Below are positions 46,141-49,944 of a DNA stretch of 49,944 nt, one piece after another. Location: contig CALJVH010000008.1 in NCBI GenBank assembly GCA_937974645.1, forward strand, positions 1-49,944. Direction: 5' to 3'. The notes under the pieces were generated by a model. It did not search any database. It saw nothing but the letters and a program-made list of their open reading frames with translations, and had not been told where the DNA came from. How positions within the stretch are numbered: the stretch's first letter is position 1; the number at the start of each line of letters is the position of its first letter. This DNA comes from an uncultured archaeon (GTDB lineage Archaea > Thermoproteota > Nitrososphaeria_A > Caldarchaeales > Wolframiiraptoraceae). Position numbers and translations under genes: made by a program.

Positions 46141-46377
46141 TTATGCCTCGATGTATATCTCGAAGTAGTCATTCACCCGCTCGAACCCGAGGAACTTGCG
46201 ACCAGTCCTTAATGCCCACTCCTTCACATCTTGCGGAGAGCGAGGATCCGTCGAAAGAAGCTTTATCCGCTTTCCCGGCTCCACCTTCCTTATCATTCTT
46301 ATCAGAGTGATGAGAGGGCCTGGACATGACCTATATCTAGCATCCACGACAACCTCATCGCTCATTACTAGTCTCAC
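46141..46377 (-). CDS. tusA: TusA/SirA-family sulfurtransferase
   Basis: 78 aa. VDARYRSCPGPLITL contains the CPxP active-site motif. Confidence 0.8.
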   Translation of the reverse strand: MRLVMSDEVVVDARYRSCPGPLITLIRMIRKVEPGKRIKLLSTDPRSPQDVKEWALRTGRKFLGFERVNDYFEIYIEA

Positions 46378-46503
46378 CTCATCTCACACGGTAAATGAAA
46401 TGCTCTTCATAATATCTTCGTGCATCGGTAAAATGCCCTTATGCCTTGACTTAAAAATCTGCTTCAGCCCACTTAGATCCGCGAAGCTCATCCTACTCAA
46501 CAT

Positions 46504-47742
46504 CTAGCCTTGCTCTCCAAGCTCCCAGCATATGCGACTTAAAGTCTCTTCGAAGACATCTAATTCCTCCATCGTGTTATAGAGGTAGAAGGAGGCTCGA
46601 ATGGAACTCTGAATCCCAAGAATCGTGTGGAGTGGTTGTGCACAGTGGAACCCGGATCTGACAGCTATGTTCCCATACTCATCTAGAAGGGCGGCAACCA
46701 GATCGCCACTCACGCCCTTTAGATTAAAGGAGACTATCCCGCATCGCTCATCTGGGTTCCGCGGCCCATAAACCTCCACCTGATCGAGCTTCTCTAAGAT
46801 CGTTAGTGTACGTGCGGTGAGCCTTCTTTCATGCTCTCTGATCACACCCAATCCCACGGCCTTAAGGTACTTGACCGCCTCCGCCAACCCTATTGCTCCG
46901 GCGATGTTGGGCGTTCCAGGCTCGAATCTCCAAGGCATCTCATTAAGCCTATAGCTATCGAGTTCTACGTGCGCGATCATCTCTCCTCCACCAAATGGTG
47001 GATCTAGCTCCCCCTCGACCCCCTCCCTAATGTATAGGCAGCCTATCCCAGTCGGGCCGAGAAGCTTATGTCCGCTGAAGGCGAGGAAGTCGCATTCTAG
47101 ATCCTTGACATTAATGGGCATATGCGGGACTGATTGCGCCGCATCCACGAGGAGAAGAGCTCCATGATCGTGAGCGATCCTTGCAATCCTCTTCACATCA
47201 TTCACCGTTCCAAGCACGTTCGATACATGACACACCGCAACCAACCTTGTATTCTTTGTAATCTCCTCCTCAAGGCTCTCAAGATCTATTCTTCCGAAGG
47301 GAGTGATTTTCGCGTAACTTAGCTTGAGGCCGAATTTCCTGCTAATTATCTGCCATGGTATCATGTTCGAATGATGTTCCGTAACCGATGAAACTATTCC
47401 ATCTCCCGGCTTCCACTTGATCCCGTAGGCGACCAGATTTATCCCTTCGGTCGTATTTTTCACGAAGACAAGCTCGCTTGGCTTACAGCCAATGAACCTC
47501 GCCACCTCGGCCCTCGCCTCCTCATATAAGTCCGTCGCCTCCTGCGAGAGAGCATAAACTCCACGATGAACGTTAGCCGAGCAACTCTCATAATAGCTCC
47601 TCACAGCATCTATGACCTGCCTAGGCTTCAGGCTCGTTGCCGCATTATCAAAGTAGATAAGAGGCTTTCCATCCCGCCTTCTCCTAGACAGAATAGGGAA
47701 ATCCTCCCTGAGCTTGCTAAGATTCTTCAAGCACCCACACAC
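46504..47742 (-). CDS. Cysteine desulfurase, class II (SufS/CsdA-like)
   Basis: FSGHKLLGPTGIGCLYI (PLP lysine) and RSGFHCAQPL active-site loop. 412 aa. Confidence 0.85.
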   Translation of the reverse strand: MCGCLKNLSKLREDFPILSRRRRDGKPLIYFDNAATSLKPRQVIDAVRSYYESCSANVHRGVYALSQEATDLYEEARAEVARFIGCKPSELVFVKNTTEGINLVAYGIKWKPGDGIVSSVTEHHSNMIPWQIISRKFGLKLSYAKITPFGRIDLESLEEEITKNTRLVAVCHVSNVLGTVNDVKRIARIAHDHGALLLVDAAQSVPHMPINVKDLECDFLAFSGHKLLGPTGIGCLYIREGVEGELDPPFGGGEMIAHVELDSYRLNEMPWRFEPGTPNIAGAIGLAEAVKYLKAVGLGVIREHERRLTARTLTILEKLDQVEVYGPRNPDERCGIVSFNLKGVSGDLVAALLDEYGNIAVRSGFHCAQPLHTILGIQSSIRASFYLYNTMEELDVFEETLSRICWELGEQG

Positions 47743-47890
47743 CTTTCACAATTACGTTTCTAAGACAATAATAAGGCTTAGCGGTTTATAATTACATAGT
47801 TATACTGCGGTCAGAATTGATCGATTCTCGGCATGAATCCCGGAAACTGAGCAAGAAAAAAGAAATAAGAGTTTTCGATTAATTGCCCTC

Positions 47891-48676
47891 CTAACTTGAA
47901 AGTAGTATTGTTAGGCTTACGCTGGCTGATATTTCCCCTTCTCCTGGCGCTATTGGTATCTCAGCTACTTCTATGGCTCTGACAATTATTGGCGGAGGAA
48001 CCTGCTGGTGCGAGACGCTTACGGACTCTACTTTGACAATGTGGAGGCCGAGCTGCGATGCGGCGACCCCGGCTTTCCTCATCACGTCGTTTATTGCTTC
48101 CCTGATCGCTTGGGCCTCGAACTCGGACTTCTTTTCCTCAGATAGCGTGAACTGGAGGCCGTGCATTCTATCGGCTCCGGCCGCGAAGGCCGCATCTATT
48201 ACCTTCCCGACCAGCGATATGTCCGAGATCTGGATAGTCAGGCTGTAAGATGCCTCGTAATCAATTATCCTAGGTGGCTTCTGCTCCCAATCATATCTTG
48301 GGCCCACACTTATCCCTGAGGTCTCCATGTTGTCCCTGCTTATCCCAAGAGCCTCTAGGGCAGAGAAGATCTTCGACATCTTGGAGGAGCATTCACTTAA
48401 TGCCTCGACCGCAGTCTTCCCATAACCCAGCGCGGCGAAAACGACAACTGCCCTATCCGGCACGTACGAGACCTTACCATAACCCGAGATCGACAGCGTC
48501 GTATAGTTCTGGGGCTTCGCGTTCTCATTCTGTCCACCGGGTACTTCCTTCCCAGTCACTGCAGCCTGCGCCGCCACGAAACCCGCTAACGAAAACCCTA
48601 GAGCCACAGCAGCCATCAATCCGATGGCCAACACCAAAGCCAATATCCGATTCATGCCTAAATCATGCATCAGCAC
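47891..48676 (-). CDS. SIMPL/DUF541-domain secreted protein
   Basis: N-terminal signal/TM. ..LSISGYGKVSYVPDRAVV.. and ..ISVGPRYDWEQ.. fit the SIMPL (BP26-like) pattern. Confidence 0.65.
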   Translation of the reverse strand: MLMHDLGMNRILALVLAIGLMAAVALGFSLAGFVAAQAAVTGKEVPGGQNENAKPQNYTTLSISGYGKVSYVPDRAVVVFAALGYGKTAVEALSECSSKMSKIFSALEALGISRDNMETSGISVGPRYDWEQKPPRIIDYEASYSLTIQISDISLVGKVIDAAFAAGADRMHGLQFTLSEEKKSEFEAQAIREAINDVMRKAGVAASQLGLHIVKVESVSVSHQQVPPPIIVRAIEVAEIPIAPGEGEISASVSLTILLSS

Positions 48677-49168
48677 CCCTTTAATCCTTAAGATTAGAAC
48701 GCTCGCGTACTACGGTTCCGAACGAGTATGGGAAGAGATGTTATTAGAAGAGAATGGCGGACCAAGCGGTATGCAATTAAATAATTAAGTGAGCCATTTT
48801 ACTATAGTTTTCTTTTTTCTTGGTTGCGGCTAGCATATTTGGCCTTGCTGTGTTAGGCGCCATATGGCTGTTTTAATTGCGCCTTTTCTAAGCCCTCCTC
48901 TCCATAAGCCTGTTTAACAACGATTAAAGAACCATGTTGCCCGTTTGGGAGAGTGAACATGAATGGAAAGCCAGCAAGTACATACATGCACGTGTTTTTA
49001 GTTTCCTAAATTGGGATGTTTCCCGCAAACTCCCCTATTTTCTGTTTATGCAGTACTATTAAGTGTATAGTGTAGACTTGTTTTCTGAAAATCTGTCACG
49101 ATCATATCCATATTTGTGAAATAACTGTAGTAGAGAAAGATTGACGTTGCAACCATGGGTCATAGCTT

Positions 49169-49609
49169 TCATGCGCGCTTTATTTCCTCTGGTCTCCAGA
49201 GTACAGCTAATATTCCACCTACAATTCCAAGAAGTAAACCTATCCCCATACCGCCCATACAGCTTATTATGCTTACTACGGAAAAAACTATGATTAACGC
49301 ACCCCATAACTCATGTTGTATCGGGTTTATGTAGAGCATAACGGCGACCGCGATTATTAGTATACCGAAGACCAAGCCTAATATACCCATAATGTAAGTA
49401 ATGTTACCAAAGTTCAACCAGGGCATATGTTCCTCCATTTCATGCCTCATACCATCCCAGCCCATAGGGCACCACCAACTCCACCAAAGACACATAATAG
49501 CACTACTCAAAACTATGAAAATACCAGAAAGCAGCGAAAGGATGAAGGCCGCCACAGGTTTCTGATTTGAACTCATCAAACTCGCCCCAATAGCTTCATA
49601 TACGCTCAT
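49169..49609 (-). CDS. Hypothetical four-TM membrane protein in an AT-rich patch
   Basis: 146 aa. Trp/Met-rich loop (CLWWSWWCPMGWDGMRHEMEEHMPW). Composition is visibly more AT-rich than the neighbours. Confidence 0.55.
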   Translation of the reverse strand: MSVYEAIGASLMSSNQKPVAAFILSLLSGIFIVLSSAIMCLWWSWWCPMGWDGMRHEMEEHMPWLNFGNITYIMGILGLVFGILIIAVAVMLYINPIQHELWGALIIVFSVVSIISCMGGMGIGLLLGIVGGILAVLWRPEEIKRA

Positions 49610-49672
49610 GATTATCCGATATTTAATGATTCTTAAAAATGAACGGCTATCGTCGCCCAGTCGACGCCCGGA

Positions 49673-49728
49673 GCGTTAGAACATGATCCAACGCCCCCCG
49701 CCATGAGCGTTGGAGCATGCTCCAACGC
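49673..49728. promoter_or_regulatory. Two tandem copies of a 22-bp palindromic motif (operator-like)
   Basis: GCGTTGGAGCATGCTCCAACGC (49707-49728) is a perfect palindrome. GCGTTAGAACATGATCCAACGC (49673-49694) is an imperfect copy (9 of 11 pairs). Their centres are 34 bp apart, between the start of the membrane-protein gene and the 3' end of tRNA-Ala. Confidence 0.35.
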
Positions 49729-49788
49729 GGCCCACGATGCTCGAATGTCCCGGAGAAAATGCTCCGGAAGCCTCTCCCCGGCTCGATT

Positions 49789-49877
49789 TGGACCGGGCGG
49801 GATTCGAACCCGCGACCTCCCACGCTCTGGTGATAATCATCGCCAGGCGGGCGATCTCCCAGCTGATCTACCGGCCC
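49789..49877 (-). tRNA. tRNA-Ala(GGC) with a 16-nt canonical intron (window 49825-49840, position 37/38)
   Basis: Reverse complement: GGGCCGGTAGATCAGCTGGGAGATCGCCCGCCTGGCG[ATGATTATCACCAGAG]CGTGGGAGGTCGCGGGTTCGAATCCCGCCCGGTCCA. It has the G3:U70 identity pair and discriminator A. BHB central helix CUGG/CCAG. Spliced length 73 nt. Confidence 0.9.
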
Positions 49878-49944
49878 CTAAACCACTCTTAGTTTACTGG
49901 GTCGTCTTAAACTTTTCACGCATTCTTGTTAAACTAATAGCTTC

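Noticed and set aside
49710-49892. A 60-aa plus-strand ORF at the window end.
   Set aside because: It lies antisense to, and is largely covered by, the well-folded tRNA-Ala gene.
1-49944. CRISPR arrays, rRNA genes, integrase/transposase genes, reverse transcriptases and toxin-antitoxin or other known defence operons.
   Set aside because: I saw no regularly spaced direct repeats, no rRNA-like conserved blocks and no ORF with the corresponding catalytic motifs on either strand.

Overview
This is a chromosomal window from a thermophile-like archaeon, with a gene set typical of Thermoproteota or Korarchaeota. Markers include PCNA, Alba, FAU-1, archaeal-type PEP carboxylase, RNase J, an A24 prepilin peptidase and a presenilin homologue. 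There are about 50 protein genes, mostly housekeeping.

- **Central carbon metabolism:** GAPDH, PGK, PEP carboxylase, a PEPCK-like protein and a thiolase.
- **Cofactor and isoprenoid genes:** TrpB2, GGPP synthase, the Nnr epimerase and dehydratase, and HypA with an Mrp-type ATPase.
- **Information processing:** PCNA, a methanogen-type SerRS, a RadB-like protein, Trm112 and RNase J.
- **Sulfur-trafficking neighbourhood (37.9-47.7 kb):** a MiaB-family enzyme, a ThiI-like protein, IscS, IscU, TusA, an HTH regulator and a SufS-like protein.
- **tRNA genes:** all four (Asp, Cys, Pro, Ala) are interrupted by bulge-helix-bulge introns. I folded these by hand. The tRNA-Asp intron sits at a non-canonical D-arm position.

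The accessory or unusual content is:

1. Two diverged, inverted copies of a free-standing HTH + LAGLIDADG endonuclease-like element (about 16.9-18.3 kb and 25.25-25.9 kb). One copy is internally deleted. Together they bracket a 7-kb gene block.
2. A GC-rich 167-bp palindromic insertion that is present only in copy A.
3. A pseudogene cluster at 24.5-26.8 kb: a KaiC/RecA-like ATPase, element copy B and a PrimPol-like primase with TAG, TGA and TAA in frame. It looks like a decayed integrated plasmid or virus.
4. Several enzymes with degenerate catalytic motifs: the ThiI PP-loop, the Walker A of the PIN-PilT-like ATPase, and the Nnr C-terminal domain.
5. An AT-rich patch with tandem palindromes next to tRNA-Ala.

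I saw no CRISPR array, rRNA gene or recognisable defence operon. I did not find a complete novel multi-gene system. The LAGLIDADG element family and its palindromic insert are the best candidates for something undescribed.

Several disruptions sit at homopolymer runs, so assembly indel errors must be excluded before any of them is called a pseudogene. All family calls rest on motif recognition by eye. No searches were run.
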